IMG/VR virus record: IMGVR_UViG_3300034111_001103
Span: 32,001 to 96,000 of that record
Direction: 5' to 3' (one strand)
Length of the DNA: 64,000 nucleotides
Source of the DNA: a virus
Shown: positions 30,919-41,774 of the stretch, in pieces
How positions within the stretch are numbered: position 1 is the stretch's first letter
Layout of the letters: every line of letters begins with the position of its first letter
Translations under genes and position numbers: made by a program
The notes under the pieces: generated by a model
Databases searched by the model: none
What the model was told of the DNA's origin: nothing
Seen by the model: the letters and a program-made list of their open reading frames with translations, nothing else

Positions 30919-32279
30919 AATTTGGTTTTTTATTTATTTATTTATTTAATTAATTTAAAAAATTTCTCAAAAAAATTCTTTTTTGGTTGAGGTTGGGGTT
31001 TATTATTAATAATTCTTTTTAATAGCATTATTTCTTCTTTTAAAGTACTCACTTCATCTAGTAGTCTTTTTTCTTTTTTCCAATTGTCAGCTAATTGTTC
31101 TTCATGTTTTTTCATAAGTTCTAGTAACATATCTTCTTTTGTATAAACAAAGAATTTATCTCCACTACATCTGTTTATATACGCAATGTGATTATGCTCT
31201 AATAAAGTACTATCTCTAAGTAATTTATGATAGTGACTAAGTTCTAATACAACTGTGTTTACTTTTTGCATACTTTTATTTATTTAATAATTTTAATTCT
31301 ATTAGGTTTAATTGGGTAGCTAGAGACATATTCAATTCTTTACAGAGAGTTTCAGAATGTGAATCTTTTACTAGTATCCCTAGGGTTCTATATTTAGATA
31401 TACAGTTTGTTAAGACTTGTTTGTTTTTGCAAAGTTTTAACTCCTCTATAATCTTAGTCTTTGTAAACTCATTATATCCTTCTATCATAAAGGTACTTAT
31501 AATCAAGTTATCATTAGAAGTAATTCTTATGTTCTTTATAAGGCAAATCAACTCTATATAGAATCTAACAGAATCTATGTAGGAAGAAGAATATTTTGTA
31601 ATTTGTATCTTTTGGGCTTTCATATTTATATTTTATATTCCTAATACTGAATCTATAAGTGCATCTAAAGTATCTACTGATTCTGGAGAAGTAAAAGTAA
31701 TATCTATACCTGGGATAATAATCTCTGTTTGTTCAAAACTTACCTCATCAAATGCATAAGGTATCAAAACTATTCCTTTTATACTATCTCCATATACTAC
31801 TAAGTCTCTAACAGAATAATCTGATGGAGCTATTTCTACCTTTACTATATCACCTTCCTCTTTACCCTCTAATTCTTTTTCTATTTTATCTGAAACTCTT
31901 TTATTGTTACAGAATATAGGAATTCTTACTTTTAATATTTTATCCATTATCTAATAATTTTTGGTAAAGTTACAAAGAATTTTTGACATTTAGTATGCTT
32001 TTTACATAAAAAAGTTATCAACATTTTATAACTTATTGATTTTCAAACACACTAGTTTCTATATAGAAATATTTAGGTTTTGATTTTTGATCTTCAGGAA
32101 ACATTTTTAAGTACCAACCATTTTGTTTTAAATGGTTTTGTAACCAAAGATTTTTCATTACAATATTATACACTAATTCTACTTCATCTTCCCTACAACT
32201 AAAACTAGAATATTGTTTATCCTCTTGTAAATCTTTAAATTCTGTTAATTTCATATTTTTGATTTTTAGTTATTTTTAG

Positions 32280-32351
32280 TTTTCTCTTTAGGATTTGAAC
32301 CTAAATTTCCTCAGTCAAAGTGAGGTATCCTGCCAATTAGATGAAGAGAAA
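32280..32351 (-). tRNA. tRNA-Gln(UUG)
   Basis: Cloverleaf: TTTCTCT/AGAGAAA acceptor, CCTCA-CTTTGAC-TGAGG anticodon arm, TTAGG-TTCAAAT-CCTAA T arm. Confidence 0.85.
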
Positions 32352-32735
32352 ATATATTTTATTCAGAACAAAAACTTATTATTTTATAAAATCTAGTACC
32401 TTTCTTTATAGTTACAGGATTACAACTATCTGTTAGTAATTTAAATCTATTAGGGTAAGCTACACAAAATATAGAAATTACAGGATTACTTTGATAAGTT
32501 TCAAGTCTTTCTCCTGTTTTAAATACAAACCCATCTAAATAAAAAGTAGAACAATCTTCCACAGTAACATCTTCTAACACTTTATACCCTCCTAAATTTA
32601 AATTTTCTATTTCTTCTTGTAATTTAGAGATTCTAATATCTAAATTTTTAATAGAATGTTCTAAAAGTTCTTCTTTAGTACAATTGCAATTTCTATCCCA
32701 ACATCTTCCACAAGCTATTTTCATAATCTTATACT

Positions 32736-33191
32736 TTAATTTATATTTAATAATTCTTTAGTTATATATCTAAATTCATTAATACTTGGACATATACCAT
32801 GATAAACAGGATAACTATTCCAACTGCTATTTTTTGTTATAACTATTGTTTTAAATCCAAATCTGTTACCATCCCCCGTTATTATTAGGGTAAAACTAAT
32901 ACTATCTGTATTTTTAATATCATAAATAAAAGAATTAGAATCTTTAGAATATACCCAACCTTCAGATTCTATTTGTTCTTTAGTTAGGTAAAGTGTCCTA
33001 AACTCTGCATAACCATCATCATGAGCTATAACAATATCATCTAAATCTGGACAATAAACACCCTCTTCATCCTTTAACCTTGTATTTAAAGGTATAAATT
33101 CTTCAGAATACCCTCTACTCCAATTTACTTCACATTCATAGCCAATCCTAATATCTGTAATTTTAGGTGTATAGTATAATTCTTTTTCCAT
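32736..33191 (-). CDS. Hypothetical phage protein
   Basis: YYTP...GYECE...YLTKEQIESEGW...CPSINEF pattern, recalled from Bacteroidetes phages. Confidence 0.6.
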   Translation of the reverse strand: MEKELYYTPKITDIRIGYECEVNWSRGYSEEFIPLNTRLKDEEGVYCPDLDDIVIAHDDGYAEFRTLYLTKEQIESEGWVYSKDSNSFIYDIKNTDSISFTLIITGDGNRFGFKTIVITKNSSWNSYPVYHGICPSINEFRYITKELLNIN

Positions 33192-34172
33192 ATTATATAA
33201 TACTTGTTAAGTTAAAGCTACAAAAACCTAATTCTCTAGCATCAAGAGAATCTCCATCAAAACCAGAAGTTTGAACCCTAAACATTTGTAACATATCTAC
33301 TTCTTTATTCATAAGTTTCAATACTATTTTATCTTTTAAAATTTCTTCAGGATTAGAGACAAACATTTTAAAATAACAATTATCCCCCACAATATCTATT
33401 TCTACTCTATCATATTTAATAATAACACCCTCTCTAAAATCTACCATAAAGGTTTTCTTCTTTATAAGATGGTTTAGTAAAAGTTCTAAATTTTCATTTA
33501 AGTTAGACTTAGGTTTTAAGTCAAACATAAAACTATCAAACTCTATTTTTCCTTGTAATATCATTTTCTTTATAATTTTATTGTTCCTATAATTAATTCA
33601 CTTACATAAATATCTGGATAATTGATTATATAATATGACCCACTTTTAAATCCATAGTAACCAATTATTACTTTATCTAAAACTTCTGTTTTAGAAAGAC
33701 CTTCATAGGAAAAAGAAGTATGAACTTTGCCATTAGAATCTACCACTTTATCCTTATAACTAATAGTTTTCCAAAATAATCCATATTTCTTCTCTTGTAA
33801 AAAATAAACCCTTTCCATTTTTTCAGTATTAGTATTAAACATATCTTGTATAATATACCTAATTTTAATTTTTTTCATATTAATTATGATTTTTATTTTA
33901 TATTTAAAACCCCAAAGATAATACTTTTATACTATATATACAAATATATTTATACTTTTCTTTGTTTTTATCCCCCTATACTTAGTTTTTATAAAAAGAG
34001 ACCCCCCCTACCCCATTTTACTTTTTTTTTGTTTTTTGAAAATGTTAAATGTGTAGGTGAATTGGAACCTGGTCACCATTACTACCCCTATTCAAAATTA
34101 GGGTTTGGGTATACCGCCTATGAATGTAGGGGATATTTGAATTTTTAAATAAATATTTAAATTTTAAACAAA

Positions 34173-34604
34173 ATGGCAACAGTTATTTTAAAAGGTGCAA
34201 GACTTAGTAATAATCCTGAAACTAAGACTATAGCAAATGAACAAGGAGTAAATGGATTAGTAAATGTTACTAGCAGTGGTAAACAGTTTTATCAAACAGA
34301 CGTGACATTGTTGAATGGATTAACACCTGTAAACAAAACTCACACAGTTTGGGCTGATGATAATGGAAAATTTCCAGTATCTGTAGCAGAGTACAATGAA
34401 ATGTACAAGGGAGAGAAAACACAAGGTAGACTTGTAAGATTTGATGAAATCCCAACATACGAGGTTGAGGGTAAAGAATTCAACCATGTAACATTACTTG
34501 TAATGGAGGGAGAATCTGAGAGTGCAGTGATTGCAGGTTGGATTAAGAGAAATGAAAGAGCAGAAACATCTGTAAATAGTATGAAAGTAGAAGTGGACAT
34601 GTAG
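34173..34604 (+). CDS. Hypothetical protein, first gene after the strand switch (possibly ssDNA-binding)
   Basis: 143 aa, beta-rich; followed by hairpins. Confidence 0.5.
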   Translation: MATVILKGARLSNNPETKTIANEQGVNGLVNVTSSGKQFYQTDVTLLNGLTPVNKTHTVWADDNGKFPVSVAEYNEMYKGEKTQGRLVRFDEIPTYEVEGKEFNHVTLLVMEGESESAVIAGWIKRNERAETSVNSMKVEVDM

Positions 34605-34630
34605 TCCACTTTCTCTTTCTTTTGAAAGTT

Positions 34631-34676
34631 ATCCTCTACAATACTATAGTAATATAGTGTTGTGGAGGGTATTTTT
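34631..34676 (+). terminator. Hairpin terminator with AGTAAT loop
   Basis: ATCCTCTACAATACTATAGTAATATAGTGTTGTGGAGGGT followed by a T-run. Confidence 0.6.
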
Positions 34677-34827
34677 ATTAATGCATCATAACTCTATTCC
34701 CAAGGTAGAGCAAGTTGTAATATAATAAAGCCATATCATATCCTATGCAGTATAGTAAAGTGTACACTTTATGATTCTGTTGGTTGAGGTTAATAAATTA
34801 TTACAACTTGAATGCAGAGGGATAAAA
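34673..34827 (+). ncRNA. Twister ribozyme (type P1) with long P5 insertion
   Basis: UUUUAU-UAA-UGCA ... CUCUA-UUCCCAAG-GUAGAG ... P5 CAAGUUGUAAUA/UAUUACAACUUG - AA-UGCA-GAGGG-AUAAAA. Confidence 0.7.
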
Positions 34828-35514
34828 CAAAAAACTTAATAACTTTCCAAGTTGTTGAGGACACCAGTTTCTTATACTATATACCAGGGGAATTGCGTAT
34901 AAGTTTTAGGTGTAAAACACAAAAAACCTACTCTTATTATTAATATATAGGAGTAGGTTAATTTTTTGTCTACTTTTACTTTATTTTTTTAAACTCAATA
35001 AACAAACAATTTAAAAATCATGAAAACTATATTATTAGATGAATTTACAAATACAATAGCTGTAGCTTGTTCAGAAGAGCAATGTATAATTAATTATTTT
35101 GACACTGTAGAACATGCTCTTAAAATGTATTCTGATGCAATAATTGACTCTGATTTAGATAAAATTAATATTAGTATTGATAATAATTCTGTTATTATTA
35201 CACTTACTAATCAAAAATTAATCCTAAATAAAGAACAAGCTTATATTTTAAGAAGTGTTCTTGAATCTATTTAAGTTTTTGAGTTTTAGGGGAGATAATA
35301 TCAAACCTAAACTCAATTATTTTTAAAGAACTCAATGTTTATAGGTTAAACAAAATGTAGTCATTTTAGGCTATTTTGAGGAAATAAATTGTTTTTCTCC
35401 TAGAGAAAAATTTACTTTTTACTCATTTTAGTCATATTTTGTTTAACTCTTTTTACATAACTAATTGATAATCAAGTATAGCATATTTTAGAGTATTAAA
35501 CAGTTTATATTTTG

Positions 35515-35591
35515 CTAAAAATATTAGCAATTTACTAAAAATATTAGTAAAATAGTTAGTTTTTTAGTTTAAAATGCTAAAAATATTAGTA
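35515..35591. repeat. Three copies of CTAAAAATATTAG in an AT-rich non-coding region
   Basis: Direct repeats read from the sequence. Confidence 0.7.
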
Positions 35592-36660
35592 GAGGAGTAC
35601 CAGGTTACCCTCTATCCTGTTTATCTACTTTAAAACTTTACTATAATACATAATAGTTTTACTATAGTGAAATAATATTTTATATTATGTTTGGTAGCAT
35701 TACTACTCTATATATTGTATTGATTATCAATACTTTATGTTCTTTTTACCCTAAAAATACACTATTTTAGCTAAATTTGCTATTATATGTTGTGTTAATA
35801 TTATTTATATATTATACCTATATATATATTTTCCCTTTTGTACTAGCTTATTCTCATAAAATAAGTAGTTGTAATATGTAACCTAGATATACTACTTAGG
35901 TGAATTACAAATAGGAGTAGAGTAAATAAGTCAATGTATCAAGAAGCAAGGCTTGAAGTAAATACTTTGATGGTATCTCTATTACAACTAAGTACAAAAG
36001 GGGTTAATTTTAATTTTAAATATATATATACTTCTGGGAGGAGTTATAAAACCTAAATTTTCAATATCATGAAAAACTTTATATTTCTTATCTTATTAAT
36101 AATAATATTCATAGTAATATTATTTCCTGTTATACTAGCATTTGCTGTAGGAAACTATTGGCTCATACTATTATATATTGTTTGGTGGATACCAGGACTT
36201 GTATTAGTAAACTTTTGTGTAGAATTATCTAAAAATCTTTAAACTTTAAAATAAAAAAAATGAAAATATTACTTACTTTATTCCTATTATTCCATATATT
36301 ATATTTATCTATAGTATTAATGAATATATTCTTTATTTGGTTTTATAATACTATAGAAGAAACAAATAGTAGAAATGATAGTATAGATATTATAAACTAT
36401 CAAAAGGCTTTAAATCCAATTTATTTAATTCAAATTATAAAAAAATTTTAAAAATGATAACATTATCTATATTACTAGGAATACTATATTTTTGTTCTGG
36501 ATATTATTTATTTAGAACTGAATTTAATAGTACAAATTTATATTATCCTGCTTATATGTTTTTTTGGGTAACAACAGTATGTATAGGATTTGGTATACTA
36601 TACTTAATAAGCATATATTTACCTTAAAAATCAATTATTAAAAATAAACTAAAAAAAAAA

Positions 36661-37077
36661 ATGAACAAAATACAAGCAAGAAATATGTTAGAAATAGTTG
36701 TAAAACATTTCTCTAAAAATCCTAAAGAATTAAGATGTTTATCTGCTAATGGTAATTGTAATTATTCTTATCAAAAAAATAAACCTAAGTCTTCAGGATG
36801 TGCAATAGGTATATTTTTACCTAATGATTTATGTTTAGAAATGGATGATTCTAGTAATACTGATATTAAAAGTATTCTTGATAATCCAGATTTATATAAA
36901 AAGTTACCAAAATGGATGCAAAGTATGGACAGTAGTTTTTTAGAAAAATTACAAATTTTACATGATGCCAATTATTATTGGACTAAAACTGACATATCTA
37001 AAGGAGGTAAAGAATGGGTTAATGATATTATTAATTCACATAATTTAGGTAAACCTATGTTTAGAGTTACTACTTAA
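36661..37077 (+). CDS. Hypothetical protein
   Basis: C.Y......GCAIG...LQILHD pattern. Confidence 0.6.
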   Translation: MNKIQARNMLEIVVKHFSKNPKELRCLSANGNCNYSYQKNKPKSSGCAIGIFLPNDLCLEMDDSSNTDIKSILDNPDLYKKLPKWMQSMDSSFLEKLQILHDANYYWTKTDISKGGKEWVNDIINSHNLGKPMFRVTT

Positions 37078-38631
37078 AAAATCAATTATTTATAAACAAA
37101 TTTAAAAACAAAAAAAAATTAATAAAAATGAAAAGATCATATAACAAAAAAACAAACATTTGGAAATTCTCTCTATCTTGGACAATGTCTAAAATAATTG
37201 AATTTGTTAACAGACAAATAACTAAAGGAGCAAAACTAATAAAAGATTATACCTCTCAAAAAGGTAAAATATCTTTTGCTCTCCAATATTCTTAATTTTT
37301 TAAACTATAATTACAATGGAATTAGAAGAAATAATAGAATTATTTTCTATAAATAAAGATAAATCTAAATTTATAGAGTATTTAAAAGAAATATATTTAA
37401 ATATATCAGATAATCAATTAGAACAAATTAATGAATTATTAAATATGTTTAATAAATTTAGAACTTATTCTACTGATGAATTGTTAGTAGATATTAAATC
37501 AATATTAAACTAACTAAAAACACTTAAACATTTCTACTATACTTAAATGTATAAATTGTCAAACAAATAAAAATGTGATTAATTATAAAATAGCCAGTTA
37601 TAAGACAACATAAAGCTGTTGTATATGAAATAATTAGCTAATAAAGTAATATTTGCAAAAACTGTGATATAATTACAAATAGCCATTTGAGTTGTAACAA
37701 TTGTAGAAATGTTTATTTCTTTAAAAAAGTAATAAAATATTGTATTAGAGAGAAAGTTCTGGAAGCTCTAAATAAAGTTAATTCCAGGTTGTTTACTTAA
37801 ATTTTAAATGCTATAGGCTAATAAAATTAATAAGAAGAACTTATAAACAAACAATATTTTATTATCTTTAAAATTTTAGACAATTATTCTGTATATAATT
37901 TATAATTAAACAAATAATACTTGGTGATTTAACACCCTAATGGTCTGATTGCAAGGACTCCATGAACAGAGTCATGGAATATTATTAACATAATCCAAAA
38001 TGTTTACGTTTAATATAAATATACTAAATTACAGCTGAGAATACCTAGAGTAGCTGCTAGGAAGTAGTCCTATTTGGAAAGGATATATACAGATAATTGT
38101 CTTTTCTTTAAAAAATTAAAATAAATAAAATGTTTAAAAAAATAGAAACCATTTATCAAAAAAGAGTTAAAACTTATTTAGATGGGGACATTAAACATAC
38201 AGAAACTTATAGATTAAGTAAATATTACTTTCTTTTTATACTAATATATAGTAAAGAAGAAGTATTATCGCATAATTTATAAAAAATTTATGGGGGTGAA
38301 AGGTATAGATTGGACACAAAAGTTTAGAAATTAAGCAAGTGGTAGTATGATTACACTTTAAAAATTACATATAATCAATAAGTGCAGAGAAATCTGATTT
38401 TAGTTTTGAAGATGCAATGAATTTTGTATCTACAGAAGAGCTTGTAGTAGCTTAGTAACAGAATACTACAAATTGTTTTTTCTTATTTTTCTTAAAAAAT
38501 AAGATGGTGGTAGTCTAACCCTCTGTGGTTGGTCCCAATTCTTTATTGGAATCTAAAGTAGTAAGATAAACTTTGATTATCCTAAGCTTATAAATAAATT
38601 TCTTTATAATTGGCGTAACAAGACTTGGGTT

Positions 38632-39446
38632 TAAATTTGGACCCACATAATAGGGATATTATGTTAAAAATTGGATGAATTCAGGGAAAACTGTGTCAGA
38701 AATGATATGTCAATCCTGAGCCAAGTTAAGAATAAATTCTTAAAAGGTGCAACGACTACCTGAGTAGTAAATCTACTTAATAACAGGCAAGAGCTTCCAA
38801 CATCTAGAACAGATGATGATATAGTCTAATCTAAAGGGAAACCTTTAGTTAAATAATTTTTAGTTATTAATTTACACACTAATAAAGTTTCTTCATGTGA
38901 CATAGTATGTTTCATATAATTAATTGATTGAGAAACATATTGAATATTACCTTTTATGTAACCTAAAGAAGAATCAATTCTATCTAAAGAAGCTAAATGT
39001 ATTATATCTTTCTTTTTATTGATATGACTATTTAATATTAAAGATATTCCTGAGTATATACAAATACCATTTTGTATATCCCATTGTTCTTTTAAATCTT
39101 CTAATGTTAAATTACATTCTTTAAATCTACTTTTAGCACATTTTAAATAAAATTTAAATGGATTAAAAGATTTTAATTTATTTCTTTCTATAGTACTTAA
39201 TCTTGATTTTTCTTTAGAATCTTTAGATAATATAGTCTTTTCTACAAAATGTAACCCTGTACATTCTCTAGAACAAAAAGATTTTCTATTTAATCTAACA
39301 TTTCTTAAATATTCAGTTTCAGGTTTTTCATATGAATTACCACAATGATCACAATTAACTTTTATTAATCTTCGATTTTCTTTATATTTTTGCATATGTA
39401 AATATAATCAAAATTTAATTAATAAACAAATTATTATTTAAAATTG
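38632..39446 (+). mobile_element. Group I intron in the tmRNA T-loop
   Basis: P1 GGGUU/GACCC with U:G at the splice site; core elements GAATTCAGGGAAA, AATCCTGAGCCAAG, GCAACGACTA, GATATAGTCT; P9 hairpin with GAAA loop; terminal G at 39446. Confidence 0.9.
38826..39395 (-). CDS. Intron-borne HNH-like homing endonuclease (antisense to the intron)
   Basis: CDHC...FCSREC zinc ribbon; QNGICIYSG...SLDRIDSSLGYIKGN...IN.MK. Confidence 0.8.
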   Translation of the reverse strand: MQKYKENRRLIKVNCDHCGNSYEKPETEYLRNVRLNRKSFCSRECTGLHFVEKTILSKDSKEKSRLSTIERNKLKSFNPFKFYLKCAKSRFKECNLTLEDLKEQWDIQNGICIYSGISLILNSHINKKKDIIHLASLDRIDSSLGYIKGNIQYVSQSINYMKHTMSHEETLLVCKLITKNYLTKGFPLD

Positions 39447-39942
39447 CGAATCCCAACATCTCCACTTAACTAGTTGATTTATAATCAATTAGTGTTTTGT
39501 TTTTCATTTTTATCCTCCTATTATAGTAATATAGTAGGGGGTTTTTAATGAAAAATATATTATTAAAATTTGTATTTTTTGCAAGTTTTAATGATTTAGT
39601 ATTATTTAACAATTTAAAAAATCTTAAAAAAAATGAAACAAAAAACTTTTTACATAATCCTTTTAATAGGATTTTTATGTATAATGACTCTTATGTCATT
39701 TGCTTCTACAGATACTACTTATATAACTAAAGACTCTACATTAGTACTAAAAACTATTAATATAGAACTTTATAAAGAAAGAGTTCAAAATCCTAATAGT
39801 TTTGATAAATTATATATTTATCAAAGAAAAGATAGATTTGGTTATTATAAAGAATTTGTATTTTATAAAAAACTTAAAAATTAAAAAAATAAAACAATAG
39901 TTATTCTTAAACAATATTAAATTAAATTAAAAAACAAAAATT

Positions 39943-40449
39943 ATGGCAACTAAATCAACAAGTAAAAAAGGAACAACAACAGTAGCAACAGTAAACACTA
40001 CATCATTAGTAATTCCTAAAAACAGTCAAGAAGTATCTGTAACTATAGAACAATTAAAAACTCAATTAGCAATATTAAAAGGTGATAGAGAAGATTCTAT
40101 ATCTTTAGATATTAGTTATGATAATGGAGATAATATTAAAAACGTGAATACTGTAGGAAGACTTTTAGAAATATCTTCTGCATTACATACAAGAAATGAT
40201 TCTTATAATAGAGAAGTAGAAAGATATGGTCTACAAGACAAAAATATAGCTCCTTTTAAAGTAGCTAATAAAACAGTTTCTGAATGGGAAAAGATTATAG
40301 ATAAAGCAATTCATGAATTAATCAATAAAGTAAAAATTGAAAAAATTGAATCTGCTATTAAAAATCTTTCTAAACACCTCTCTGAAGAAGAAAGATTAGC
40401 TAATGATTTAAAATCAATAGCAGAATCTGTAACAGAATATATACAATAA
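39943..40449 (+). CDS. Hypothetical coiled-coil protein
   Basis: 168-aa ORF followed by a hairpin. Confidence 0.6.
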   Translation: MATKSTSKKGTTTVATVNTTSLVIPKNSQEVSVTIEQLKTQLAILKGDREDSISLDISYDNGDNIKNVNTVGRLLEISSALHTRNDSYNREVERYGLQDKNIAPFKVANKTVSEWEKIIDKAIHELINKVKIEKIESAIKNLSKHLSEEERLANDLKSIAESVTEYIQ

Positions 40450-40540
40450 TTTTTCATTTTTATAAAGTTTCCCTACTTAGTAAATTAAAAAAAGCTAAGT
40501 AGGGTTTTTTCTTTTTAAAATCAAAAAAAAACATAAAAAT

Positions 40541-41303
40541 ATGAAAAAAGAAAATTATGTATATACAGAAAAAGATATTTATGTAGGACTTCAATTTACT
40601 ACTGTTGATAATACTTATAAGATAACTAATATATATCCTTTTAAATTCATAAATACTGGAGATAATTATGAATTTTCTAGATATAGTATTAAAGAATGTT
40701 TGTATTATTTTAATAACAATGATTGGACTCCTATAATACCTAAACCTCAAAATATAGAGTTATGGATATAACAAAACAAGAAGAAGAAACTACTATAGAA
40801 TTAGTAAAATCTTTAGTAGGAAAAGAAGTAAGTTGTACTTTATATTATAGATTTATAAAAAAAGGTAAAATTATTAAAGAAGGAGATAAATATTATATAT
40901 TACAAAATGTAGAAGATGGGAATTCAGCTAAAAATAAACAAAATTATAATTATTCTTGGCAAATAGATAAAAATAATTGTGACAGATTAATAAATCTTAA
41001 ACCTTTAACACAATCAATAGAATTATGGATATAACAGAAATAACAGATGATATGGTAAGTAAAAAGATTACTTGTTATATAGATGGTACTTTTATAGATG
41101 ATGGAGAAATTACTAAAGAAGGTGATAATTTTTATATACTACAAAATGAACAAGATGGGTTTGAAATAAAAAATAAAAAAGGTTATAAATATTCTTGGAC
41201 ATTAAAGGACGGTTCTCAAATTAAATTAAAAAGTGAATTTATTAATGTATCTCAAATAAAACTTAAAGAATCTTTAACAACTTCTATAGAACTTTGGATC
41301 TAA
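40541..41303 (+). CDS. Three tandem small ORFs (40541-40771, 40762-41034, 41025-41303), each ending IELWI
   Basis: ORF track; ORFs 2 and 3 are paralogues (YILQN..DG...KNK..Y.YSW). Confidence 0.75.
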
Positions 41304-41774
41304 AGTAAAAAATTACAAATAAACAATTAAAAAAAATAAAAATGAAAAAAAGATTAGTAATACACAACAACAAATCATATGTATTAGTATCAAGTACTCA
41401 AATACATAAACCTTCTGTTAGAGTAACAGTAAGTGAAGATTTTCCTATCTCTAAAAAAAGAGAATTAAATGCAACAAAAAAAGCAATTAGATATTTAAGT
41501 GTACTAAATAGTATACAAGATACTAACAAAAAAGCTATTTTTGATCATGAAAATAACCAAATATTAGTAAATTAAATTAATATACAAAATGATCACAAAA
41601 ATTATATTAAAAGTAGTATTAGTTTTAATACTACTTTTTTTATGCAATTGGATATTTAATCATATAAACCCTTGGGTAGGAATATTTTCTGCAATAGGAT
41701 TATGTTTAGGTACTCAATACATATTTAAAAAAGAAATAAATCAAATATTAAACAATTAAAAAAAACAGAAAATT

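Larger units (their letters stand above)
38292..39464 (+). ncRNA. ssrA: tmRNA, intron-containing (exon 1 38292-38631, exon 2 39447-39464)
   Basis: 5' GGGGGTG pairs with 3' CATCTCC-A including G3:U; spliced T arm TTGGG-TT|CGAAT-CCCAA; tag frame after ATAAGT reads AEKSDFSFEDAMNFVSTEELVVA then TAG TAA (38384-38458). Confidence 0.9.

Noticed and set aside
33846-34148. 100-aa plus-strand ORF across the strand switch
   Set aside because: Non-ATG start and low-complexity F/Y/I composition; more likely non-coding
37555-37700. c-di-GMP-I riboswitch (GCAAA / AGCCAGUU-like words)
   Set aside because: The required P2 GNRA hairpin and conserved spacing could not be built
37921-37980. Possible tRNA
   Set aside because: No T-loop consensus or acceptor stem; treated as part of a stem-enclosed element
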